Positions 40,742 through 49,704 of a stretch of DNA of 64,000 bases are shown piece after piece. Numbering within the stretch: position 1 is the stretch's first letter; each line of letters starts with the position of its first letter. The notes below the pieces were generated by a model. That model made no database searches. It saw only the letters and a program-made list of their open reading frames with translations, and was not told where the DNA came from. This stretch comes from a virus (Duplodnaviria > Caudoviricetes), in IMG/VR virus record IMGVR_UViG_3300014204_000002, positions 79,526-143,525 of that record; one strand, 5' to 3'. A program made the position numbers and the translations under genes.

Positions 40742-42108
40742 AAAAAATGCATCGATTAGAAGCGGCAGGTCATGAGTGTTACATTGTAGGAGGTGCTGCA
40801 CTTTATAATTTCGCATATCTGAACATGGGCCTCACAAACTACAAACAGGAACCAAAAGATTATGATTTATTCACTAATTGCCCATCAAATGAACTATTAG
40901 AGATATTTCCAGAAGCAAAACCAATGGGAGGTCAGGATCGACTAAACAAAATCTTCACTGTCATTACACCCGATCAAGTAGAGATTAGCATCTATCGAGG
41001 CAATGGCGAAAGAACCGAAACAGGCAAGACAATCTTTGATCACCAATCCACATGTGATTTTAGCATGAATGCGATTGCTATGAGTTCCAAAGGTGAATTC
41101 ATCCTCCCACCTGATGTAATTAATCACCTAAAACAACAAAGACTCGTAGCAATGGGCAATCCCGAAGATCGCATAGCCGAAGATCCTAACAGAATTTTAA
41201 GGGCCTTTAGAATTGCAACAAAGTACGACCTGACCATTGAAAATAGTTTATATTGGGTATTACTAACCACATCAATTGCCTCAATCCCGAAGGAAGTGAT
41301 CCACGATGAACTATTAAAGATCCTACCTCTTGGAATAGATCAACTTTATATATCTGGTAAACTATTCGAGATATTTCCACGGCTAAAAGAAATGGAAAAC
41401 ATTACAGGGCGAGGTATACACCATGAGGAAACTTGTTTGGAACACACTCTTGAAACTTATCGACAGATGCTACACCACACCACTGATCCGATATTGCTCT
41501 TCACAGCGATTGTACATGATTGGGGAAAAGTCACCGCATACGATCCAGACACCAAAAAGTTTACCGGACACGAAAACATTGGAGCCAAAGAAGTAAAAGC
41601 CTTAATGCAGGATCTCAAATTCAGCAATCACGACATAAAGCGTGTAGTGTGGCTCGTTAAAAATCACATGAAATGCCGCAATGACGACGATTGCACGAAA
41701 CGCTCACGAAGCAAATGGTACAAATTCCTAAATAGAATGGAAGATGCCGGAGTCTCAATCAGCGATCACCTAACCCTGAAATACTGTGACTCAAGAAGCA
41801 GAATGGTAACCGGCTACTGGGTGCATGAACAGAGCCTAACAACGCTTGAAACCTTCACCGATCAGGACATAACCGCACAATGGTATAACCGGTATATCGG
41901 TGAACATTTCCCGCAAAGACTAAAATATATCGATGTATCAGGAACCGATCTTATAATGCTCGGAATACCAAAAGGACCACTGATCGGTGAAGTGCTCTCA
42001 AAACTTTACATAATGGTTCTTGCAGCCGAACTCCCCAATGAAAAAGAAGCCCTAATAAACCAAGTAGCAAAATGGCAGGAGGCCAAATCAAACATCTTCT
42101 TAAATTAA
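40720..42108 (+). CDS. cca: Class II CCA-adding enzyme/tRNA nucleotidyltransferase with HD domain
   Basis: YIVGG...PKDYDL, CDFSMNAIA, EDPNRILRAFR, HDWGK, FTGHE and GPLIGEVL; true start at ATG 40720. Confidence 0.88.
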   Translation: MLPKNVLEKMHRLEAAGHECYIVGGAALYNFAYLNMGLTNYKQEPKDYDLFTNCPSNELLEIFPEAKPMGGQDRLNKIFTVITPDQVEISIYRGNGERTETGKTIFDHQSTCDFSMNAIAMSSKGEFILPPDVINHLKQQRLVAMGNPEDRIAEDPNRILRAFRIATKYDLTIENSLYWVLLTTSIASIPKEVIHDELLKILPLGIDQLYISGKLFEIFPRLKEMENITGRGIHHEETCLEHTLETYRQMLHHTTDPILLFTAIVHDWGKVTAYDPDTKKFTGHENIGAKEVKALMQDLKFSNHDIKRVVWLVKNHMKCRNDDDCTKRSRSKWYKFLNRMEDAGVSISDHLTLKYCDSRSRMVTGYWVHEQSLTTLETFTDQDITAQWYNRYIGEHFPQRLKYIDVSGTDLIMLGIPKGPLIGEVLSKLYIMVLAAELPNEKEALINQVAKWQEAKSNIFLN

Positions 42109-42564
42109 TAAATTAATCATTAGACATTAACAAAACCTTTATTTGCTCTTAAAATCAATAAAAGTTAAGTGAGTGACACACTGGAGAATCAAAGCATGAA
42201 AGTAGGCTCAATACAATGTCAAGGGATCATTACTCTTGACGGAGAACTGATACTTCCACCAAAAGGATCCGTCCTTGAAGTGGGAGGCATAGAGATTGCA
42301 AACATAACCGAGATCGTCATAAACTTCGTTGTTCACACGAAAGAATCAGATACCACATGGATTCAGAAAGGCCATCACCGCAACATTGTAATCTCCCACG
42401 ATGACATGATACGCAAAGCCCGCAGCGCAATACGAAACACAAAGCGCTTCAACTTTTGGGTCAGCAACAACACGCTAAACATCAAGGATCACCGTCTTGG
42501 CCCGTACAAAAATCTGATCGGCCACATCAACGGCAGAGTATAACAACAGAGTATAAACAAAACA

Positions 42565-42658
42565 TTTAAGTATTAACACACACAACTAAATGATGCACCT
42601 TACTAACAGAAGAACTTTCAACAGAAAGACTAACCACCTTTCTTTCTTTTGTTATAGA
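42565..42658 (+). repeat. Dispersed promoter-hairpin element, copy 3
   Basis: TTTAAGTA, then ACAACTAAATGATGCACC, AACAGAAG and TTCTTTTGTTATAGA. Confidence 0.7.
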
Positions 42659-42879
42659 CGCTAAAATTCGCACCGTTGAACGCACTTTTCTTGAAACGAC
42701 AACGCGTCTAAATGAACCGGCCTCCAATTCTGAACGTGCAGCGGGGCGGCATTTGTGTTTGCGCGTCGTGGCCCGGATGTAAAACGGCACGCATTTATAT
42801 TAGCGATTCGTCCGGTTTTCGACGTGACTTCAGAAGGTTTAAGTATCTGGACGACAACATTATAATACAGAGGTGACAT

Positions 42880-43158
42880 ATGACAAACTATGTCCAGTTG
42901 ATGAAGCAAGATCGACTGGAATCAGAAATTGCAGAAACGAGGTCGAAGATTCGCGAGTTGGGCGACGCTGCCGACGCGATTATTGGCGATCTCGGCAAAT
43001 TAGTGGGGAATGATGATGCAGACAATGTTCTGTATACAGTGAGTGAAATAGGCAAGGCTCTGGCGCCATTGAGCAAAATTGCGCTGGAAATGGAAGAATT
43101 GGAGAACTCGATCCCTGGATGCGGCATTGAGGCGTATGATGTTGCAGGCGACAGGTAG
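42880..43158 (+). CDS. Hypothetical coiled-coil protein
   Basis: GAGGTG RBS; TATA plus TCTGGACGA promoter. Confidence 0.6.
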   Translation: MTNYVQLMKQDRLESEIAETRSKIRELGDAADAIIGDLGKLVGNDDADNVLYTVSEIGKALAPLSKIALEMEELENSIPGCGIEAYDVAGDR

Positions 43159-43192
43159 CGTAATTTGGTAAATTTTACATGGATGAAACAAC

Positions 43193-43678
43193 ATGGCAAG
43201 AAACACCGCACAAACAATCGAAAAATCGCCCGCTGCTACAAGGGCACGACGAACGACCACCCGAAAATTAGAACAGGCTCCGCGCTCGAATAGAGGACGC
43301 AAGGCCGAGGCAATTAAGGAATTCATACCGCCGACTACGACCGCAAAGCGCTACCGAACACGAAAAGATTACGTTGGCGAGGGCTGGAAGGCTACTGTCG
43401 ATGAGGCAAAACCATCATTGAGCAAGCGGGTCGCGGCAAAATTCGAGGCTACCGAAACCGCCATTAAGGCAAAGGAGGCCGTTAAACAGGAGAAGCCGGA
43501 ATCGCCACAGTTAACGATCACGAATGAACTATCTGGCCCAACTGATCAGACGCTCGCGTATAATATTGCCGAAATGTGCAACAAGTACGTCTTTCTGATG
43601 AAGGACATCTTTGGCGGGCAGGGCGGTATCGCAGAAATAGACATTCACATAAAGGTAAAGCCCGTGAGCGTATCATGA
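43193..43678 (+). CDS. Basic Ala/Thr/Arg/Lys-rich protein (possible nucleoid protein)
   Basis: Low-complexity basic N-terminal half. Confidence 0.55.
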   Translation: MARNTAQTIEKSPAATRARRTTTRKLEQAPRSNRGRKAEAIKEFIPPTTTAKRYRTRKDYVGEGWKATVDEAKPSLSKRVAAKFEATETAIKAKEAVKQEKPESPQLTITNELSGPTDQTLAYNIAEMCNKYVFLMKDIFGGQGGIAEIDIHIKVKPVSVS

Positions 43679-43814
43679 GAAAGCCCATAGACATGACACG
43701 AGTAATCATCGGTATAAGTTTCATCCTGATTGGGGTTGCGGCAATAGCGTTCCAATGGTGAAGTGAGACAGTAAACTGAAAGTGGTCCGTGGCACGATAA
43801 AAGACGGCTAGCCC

Positions 43815-43890
43815 TCTATAACAAAAAAGAAAGAAGAACTTTCTCTTCTGTTAGGTTGGCATCATTTAGTTGTGTCTACAACCTTATAAA
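43815..43890 (-). repeat. Dispersed promoter-hairpin element, copy 4
   Basis: Minus strand: TTTATAAG, then ACAACTAAATGATGCC, AACAGAAG and TTTTTTGTTATAGA. Confidence 0.7.
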
Positions 43891-43978
43891 ACTTTTTATT
43901 TAAATTTTTATAGTTGTGTTTAATGTAATTGTATCTGGAATAACAACATTAATAAACGTATACATCATATAGATATGT

Positions 43979-44968
43979 ATGGAAATTAATCAGGATTTGA
44001 TTAATGAGTATATTTCTGGTAAATCAATCAGGAAATTAGTTGTTGAATATGGAATATCTGATCATTTTATAGACAAAATGCTCAAACAGGCAGGTGTCAC
44101 AAAGCGACCAAAGACAGTTTCTCGTGATGTTGTGCTTAAGATGATTGACGAATACAAAAATGGTGATAGTGCTCTGAAGATTGGTGCTCGATACGGAGTA
44201 TCTGATACATCTGTGTTTAGGACGCTAAAAAAGAATGGTGTAAACATAAGGGCGTTGAAGTACGCAAAGCGACATTTTCCGATTGATGAGCACTTCTTTG
44301 ACAATATAGATTGTGAAGAAAAGGCATATGCATTTGGATTATTGTTTGCAGATGGTTGTAAAAGAGACGGAGAGAATTGTGTAGCAATCACACTAAAAGA
44401 AGATGATCATGATATATTGCAACACGTAAGTGAGTTGATTCAACCGGGTGCTACTGTGCGATTCTGTGACAGGAGTAATTGTAAAGATAGTGCAAATAGA
44501 AGAAGTCAATACAAGATTGAGTTATGGAATGATATCATTTCAAATACGCTCGTTTCTTATGGTCTTATACCAAGAAAGAGTTTAGTTAAACAGTTTCCAG
44601 AAGTAATATTAAATTCTAATGAAGATATTATTCGATGGTTCATAAGAGGATATTTTGATGGTAATGGATCAATATTTTGTGTCTATACTGGAATAAATAT
44701 TCGAAGTGCGCGAGTTTCTATATCATCGACGTTGGAAATGTGTCATACTATGGAAGATATTTTTATTAAGTATATTAATAGTCATGATTTTACAATTACG
44801 ACGAGGCATGAGGTTAACAATTTTGACATGTCGTGTTCGACTATTGAGGGATCTCTAAAGTTTTGTAATTGGTTGTATAAAGATGCAACCATTTTCATGC
44901 CTCGTAAGTATTTCAAATATAGAGCATTAGTTTATAGAATAGGTGAAAACAATGACAAATCAATTTAG
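43979..44968 (+). CDS. Free-standing LAGLIDADG homing endonuclease with HTH repeats
   Basis: FFDNIDCEEKAYAFGLLFADG and FIRGYFDGNG; same family as 2693..3874. Confidence 0.9.
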   Translation: MEINQDLINEYISGKSIRKLVVEYGISDHFIDKMLKQAGVTKRPKTVSRDVVLKMIDEYKNGDSALKIGARYGVSDTSVFRTLKKNGVNIRALKYAKRHFPIDEHFFDNIDCEEKAYAFGLLFADGCKRDGENCVAITLKEDDHDILQHVSELIQPGATVRFCDRSNCKDSANRRSQYKIELWNDIISNTLVSYGLIPRKSLVKQFPEVILNSNEDIIRWFIRGYFDGNGSIFCVYTGINIRSARVSISSTLEMCHTMEDIFIKYINSHDFTITTRHEVNNFDMSCSTIEGSLKFCNWLYKDATIFMPRKYFKYRALVYRIGENNDKSI

Positions 44969-45878
44969 GCCAGTAACACTTGATAATTTTATTACAAGTA
45001 GTAGCATTAAAGATGTAATTAAATTTACAATGGGATCGGCAAAGAAACAAAAGATATCGTTCCCGCATACGTTAATTACGTCTATGCCAGGATGTGGGAA
45101 GACCACGCTGGCACATATAATTTCTAACGAAATGGAGGTTAATATCAGGACATTGATGGGGCCATCTATTAAAGATGGAGACGATATATCAAATGCATTT
45201 GTGGGGCTTAAAGACAAGGATATTTTATTCATTGATGAAATTCATGCCGTAAAGAAGCAGTTTCAGGAGATGCTGTATTCGGCAATGGAGGATAGATTTG
45301 TTCCAAAACGAGTGGATGATCACACATTTAATTATAAAATTAAAGATGTGACATTGATTCTCACGACAAATGAATCGTCAAACTTGCCCGGTCCACTGGT
45401 AGATCGATGCAGACTCAAAATCAAGCTTGACAATTATAGTAACGATGATATTGCTACAATTATTAAGGCGAATGCAGTAGTTATTGGCATAGACATTACT
45501 GATGATGCGGCACTCATGCTTGCAGGTGTGTGTCGTGGCGTTCCTCGTGTAGCAATTAACAATCTGATCACGGTCAAAGATTATGTAATTGATGCCGGGA
45601 TAAAAGTGATCACAGTAGATGTGCTCAAGGGAGCTCTTGGAATTATGGGCGTGGATCAATATGGTCTTACTGAAATAGATCGGCGCATCCTGCATACGCT
45701 ATTCAATGCCAAGAAATTGAGCAAAGAGTCACTTGCATCAATGATTGGATACAATCCTGATATCATCGAAAAGGAATATGAGCCATATCTCATGATCCAA
45801 GGGCTTATGATCAGATCGTCAAAAGGTAGGATGCTATCCGAAAAAGGTTGGACTATGATTGCCGATGAGTTGATCTAA
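44943..45878 (+). CDS. ruvB: RuvB-like Holliday junction branch migration helicase
   Basis: FRPVTLDNF, PGCGKTTLA, ILFIDEIH, EMLYSAMED, RGVPRVA, GLTEIDR and EPYLM..GLMIRSSKGR. Confidence 0.9.
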   Translation: MKTMTNQFRPVTLDNFITSSSIKDVIKFTMGSAKKQKISFPHTLITSMPGCGKTTLAHIISNEMEVNIRTLMGPSIKDGDDISNAFVGLKDKDILFIDEIHAVKKQFQEMLYSAMEDRFVPKRVDDHTFNYKIKDVTLILTTNESSNLPGPLVDRCRLKIKLDNYSNDDIATIIKANAVVIGIDITDDAALMLAGVCRGVPRVAINNLITVKDYVIDAGIKVITVDVLKGALGIMGVDQYGLTEIDRRILHTLFNAKKLSKESLASMIGYNPDIIEKEYEPYLMIQGLMIRSSKGRMLSEKGWTMIADELI

Positions 45879-46506
45879 ATGGCAGCCGATATTGCTAAAT
45901 TTATTTGCATTGCAATTTCTGAAACTATGACAATTCCGAGGGTTGTTGGTGAGGCTGATACCGAGGACGTCATATTGCACAAGATGGTTGACGCACAGTC
46001 GCGATCTCCACATCTGGAATATGCAGTGTATGAAAGGAAGAAGTTTAAGAAGCGTTACGACAAATGAATAATGGAGGTAGAATGACTGACGAAATAAGTA
46101 TACCGAAAGTGAAGGTAGTAATGAAGCGATCTGATGTTATGCGAAAATACAATGGAAAGCCGTGTGTTCTAGCGCGATCTTATCCATGCAAGGTTGAGAA
46201 TTGCTCACTTGCTCGGTGTGATCGATTGCAGGCATATGAAGAGGCCGGAACAACAGTTAGTAAACCTCCGAACAATTGGAAAGGTAAATCAAACGATTCA
46301 GCGAGGGCAATAGCAGCAATTGACAGGCTATATAGAAAGAAACTACCTTAATAAAAGATAAACAATCAAATTTTAAAGGAGGAATTTATATAACAAAGAA
46401 GCATGGGACAAATAGTGACAAGCGCGAGCCTGTAAAACGAAACATTACATTTGACAAGATCAGGAAAGAAGTATCTGATGGATTTATCAATGGGTTAAAT
46501 GAGCAA

Positions 46507-46866
46507 GTGGAATTTACCAGCAGGCCGGAACTTAAAAAGTTTATGGGGCTTGGTTCGTTTGATTTCCATGCTCGTTATGGTTATAAGTCTACCTTGGTTA
46601 ATGGGATACCAGTGGCGTGCCTGAAAGATGTTAGGGATCCATTAACCCATGATATTTTGACCAATCATGTCTGGGTAAGATTAAATGAGCGTAATTCAAA
46701 GATGCTTGATCATTTGAAGAAGGAGTCACCGATACGAGTCAGGGCAAAAGTAGTGAATTACAACGGTGAGAAGATTGGCATCAAGATCGATTATATTAAT
46801 CTCGTCAGGGGGCAGCGAAATTATACGATTGCATCGAAGCAGGTGGATCATGGCAAAGAAGAGTAG
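46507..46866 (+). CDS. Hypothetical protein (frame open further upstream; possible ATA start at 46390)
   Basis: CLKDV...LTNHVW motif; AAGGAGG at 46376. Confidence 0.55.
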   Translation: MEFTSRPELKKFMGLGSFDFHARYGYKSTLVNGIPVACLKDVRDPLTHDILTNHVWVRLNERNSKMLDHLKKESPIRVRAKVVNYNGEKIGIKIDYINLVRGQRNYTIASKQVDHGKEE

Positions 46867-47317
46867 CGTTTATGGTGTAGTAAATAATATGCAGTTGATT
46901 CTTATCGTGGGGCAAAATTACAAATTGCAATTGAATTACTTTCATTATAAGACGATCACGGACAAGAATAAGCAGTGGGTGCCTGTTTGTAATTCGTCTG
47001 TTACCAATGATGAGGCATATAATACATATGTCCTTGGTTACGAAAAAATAGAAGATCAATGGGGCTATTGGAAAAACAAGGATGCAAAGTTTCTCACGAC
47101 CCAGTATGGCCCCTCTCTCTTTATAAACAAGGATAAGCATGAAGTGTACTGGGTATATAGGCGTAATATAGACTTCAAGGCAACACAGAGACGATTAAAG
47201 GATCTTCGAATTATAATGCTTAAAGATTACAAGATGACAGAGGTATCATTTGAGGAAGTGTATAATGCTCACCTAGGCCGTCATTTGTTTGTGTTGGCAA
47301 CGGTGGAGTTTTTATGA
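46766..47317 (+). CDS. Hypothetical protein (start probably 46850)
   Basis: ORF in an operon. Confidence 0.5.
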   Translation: MRRLASRSIILISSGGSEIIRLHRSRWIMAKKSSVYGVVNNMQLILIVGQNYKLQLNYFHYKTITDKNKQWVPVCNSSVTNDEAYNTYVLGYEKIEDQWGYWKNKDAKFLTTQYGPSLFINKDKHEVYWVYRRNIDFKATQRRLKDLRIIMLKDYKMTEVSFEEVYNAHLGRHLFVLATVEFL

Positions 47318-47730
47318 GCGACAAAATCAAACGGTGCGCATATTGTAAAAAGATACTCGAAGATGATAATCAGAAGGCATATTGTAATTCTACGTGCGAG
47401 GAGTTGCGCAAGATAAAAAATAAGGAGTATTACGAAGCGCACAAAGCAGCAGTTATCAAGCACAATGCTGAATATGCAAAGGCTCATCCTGATCTTAGGA
47501 GGCAGATTAGTCAGACGTATCGGGATAAGTTAACTCCTGAAGAAATACAAGCAATGAATATTAGTAGGCGCACTGGAAAGGCTGCATGGGCACGCAAAAA
47601 TAGAAGGAAGCGAAAGCGAATCCTCAGTATTTCAGTGGAGCAATTGATAGCCAATGAGAAGGAAAAGGCTATTCGGAGAGCGCTTGGAATTGAGGTTCCC
47701 GAAGTGGAGGACGAATTAGACGAAAGTTAA
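47314..47730 (+). CDS. Zn-finger basic protein
   Basis: CAYC...YCNSTC followed by a basic helix. Confidence 0.55.
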   Translation: MSDKIKRCAYCKKILEDDNQKAYCNSTCEELRKIKNKEYYEAHKAAVIKHNAEYAKAHPDLRRQISQTYRDKLTPEEIQAMNISRRTGKAAWARKNRRKRKRILSISVEQLIANEKEKAIRRALGIEVPEVEDELDES

Positions 47731-47969
47731 ATGATCACACTAAACAAAACCTTTTTTAATTATGTTACCTGATTATTTAACATGAGTGACGAATGGTCCA
47801 AAGTTTTCTGGGATGATTCTTTTGAAGGAGAAGCCCAGGGCGGTATGTTTTTCAAGTCAATGAAATTGGGAAAATTTATTAAGGAAACTGAAGAGAAAGG
47901 TTTCGTAATTGCCGGAATAAAATTTGATGAATCGAACAAATGTGAGTTAATCTTTAAAAAGCCAGAGGA

Positions 47970-48950
47970 ATGATGCACCAATCTTGTATTTATCCAGTAT
48001 ATGAAAATTATAATGAGCCACATCGGTATTATCACAATGTGAATCATGTTCAATCGATGCTTAAGGAAGTAGATGAATTACGGAGAGATCTTGATGTTCA
48101 CGAGATAGGAATACTGACGAGGGCAATTGTGTATCATGATGTAATATATGATCCACGTAGGCAGGATAATGAAGAGCGATCTGTTGAGTTCATGCGACAA
48201 CACTGTTCATTTATGGAAATGGAGGATGTTGCGCGTATTACGCAGTTGATCAGGGCTACTGCGCCATCTACTTATGATTCTGATGGGAATGACATGCTGG
48301 TTACTTTAATCAGGTATCTCGATTGCAAAACATTGTATGACGAAGACTTGATTCAGATGATGATCAATTTCAAATTGTTGCTTAAGGAATTTCAGTTTGT
48401 GAATTACAAGACGTTCAGGGATAATCACTTATTGTTTTTTAATTGCTTTTCTTTTCTTTTGGGCATGGATTCGGAGGTAAAAGAATATTACAGAAAATAT
48501 GTCCTAAGTTACCGGCCAAAAATTGGTGTCTATGCCGGATCATTTAATCCGTTTCATATTGGGCACATGTCGGTATTGGAGCAGGCCGAGCGGGTATTTG
48601 ACAAAGTAATCGTGTTATATCCCGAAGGTGAATCGTCATTGGTGCCAGTAGAGAAAATATTGCCATTTCACGAGGTAATTCCGTTTAAAGGACTATTAAC
48701 CGACTTTATGCGAAAATTGGGATCTGATATAGACTATACCCTCATTAGAGGAATGAGAAACGGTAACGATCTAGAGTATGAAGTGAATCTAAACAAAGCA
48801 TACAAGGATCTCGGATCACATACGAATGTCATGTATTTTATGACTGACAAGCCACATGTGAGCAGCAACATGATTAGAGAAATTGCTAAAGTAAGTGATC
48901 GCTACAAAATGTATGTTCCTGACAAGTTCAGATACGCAGGAGAATTGTAA
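47970..48950 (+). CDS. HD-domain / CoaD-like adenylyltransferase fusion
   Basis: YNEPHRYYHN..H...YHDVIYD...NEERS, then YAGSFNPFHIGH, IRGMRNGNDLEYE and VSSNMIRE. Confidence 0.85.
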   Translation: MMHQSCIYPVYENYNEPHRYYHNVNHVQSMLKEVDELRRDLDVHEIGILTRAIVYHDVIYDPRRQDNEERSVEFMRQHCSFMEMEDVARITQLIRATAPSTYDSDGNDMLVTLIRYLDCKTLYDEDLIQMMINFKLLLKEFQFVNYKTFRDNHLLFFNCFSFLLGMDSEVKEYYRKYVLSYRPKIGVYAGSFNPFHIGHMSVLEQAERVFDKVIVLYPEGESSLVPVEKILPFHEVIPFKGLLTDFMRKLGSDIDYTLIRGMRNGNDLEYEVNLNKAYKDLGSHTNVMYFMTDKPHVSSNMIREIAKVSDRYKMYVPDKFRYAGEL

Positions 48951-49704
48951 TGTGGGATATTTATATTGTGTATTTGGAAGATTCGAAAATCGAACCTGAT
49001 GATTTTTCTGGGTGTCGAAAATGTATAGAGTTTTCGTTTGTGAACAATGATAAGTGGTTTCGTGTTAGATTTGAGAACGGTGATTATCGTTACATAAACG
49101 CATCATTTATTGAATTCATAGATGCGTCACCAGTGAAGGAGTAATAAATGAAAAGACCAGAGTTATTGTATCATTTGATTATTGAGGTTGCTGGAGAGCG
49201 GTTGTATTATTCGGGGCATGGTTACTTTGTCAGGGATATCGCGGAAGCAAAGTTTTATAAAAATTTAGGGCACATGAAACTTGCCATTAATCGCGTAAAA
49301 TGTAGAGTATTTGGCAAGAACTACAAGCAAAATGAATTTAAGGCAGTGATCGTAGCGAGAATAATTGAGAATCCAGTTGAAGTTGTTGAAATTTATTCAG
49401 AGGAAAGATAAATGGGATTTTTAGATCGATTGTTGTATCAGCCTGATTACAAATTACAGAAAATTTGTTATTTTCTTGGAAAGCCTGTTAGTAAAGATAC
49501 ATGGGTGTATGAAGATTCTAATATTTGTATTCGTTGGGGAGGCTCGCTCTTTGGAGACAATGCTATGTTTTCGGGTGATAAATCACAAGTCAATGAATTG
49601 TTTTATAATAAATTAACACAGAGCCAGCGAAATTCAGATATTTACCGAATGATGGATGTTGCTTATGTTTGCAATAGATATTATAATGATTAACGGAGTA
49701 CAAA

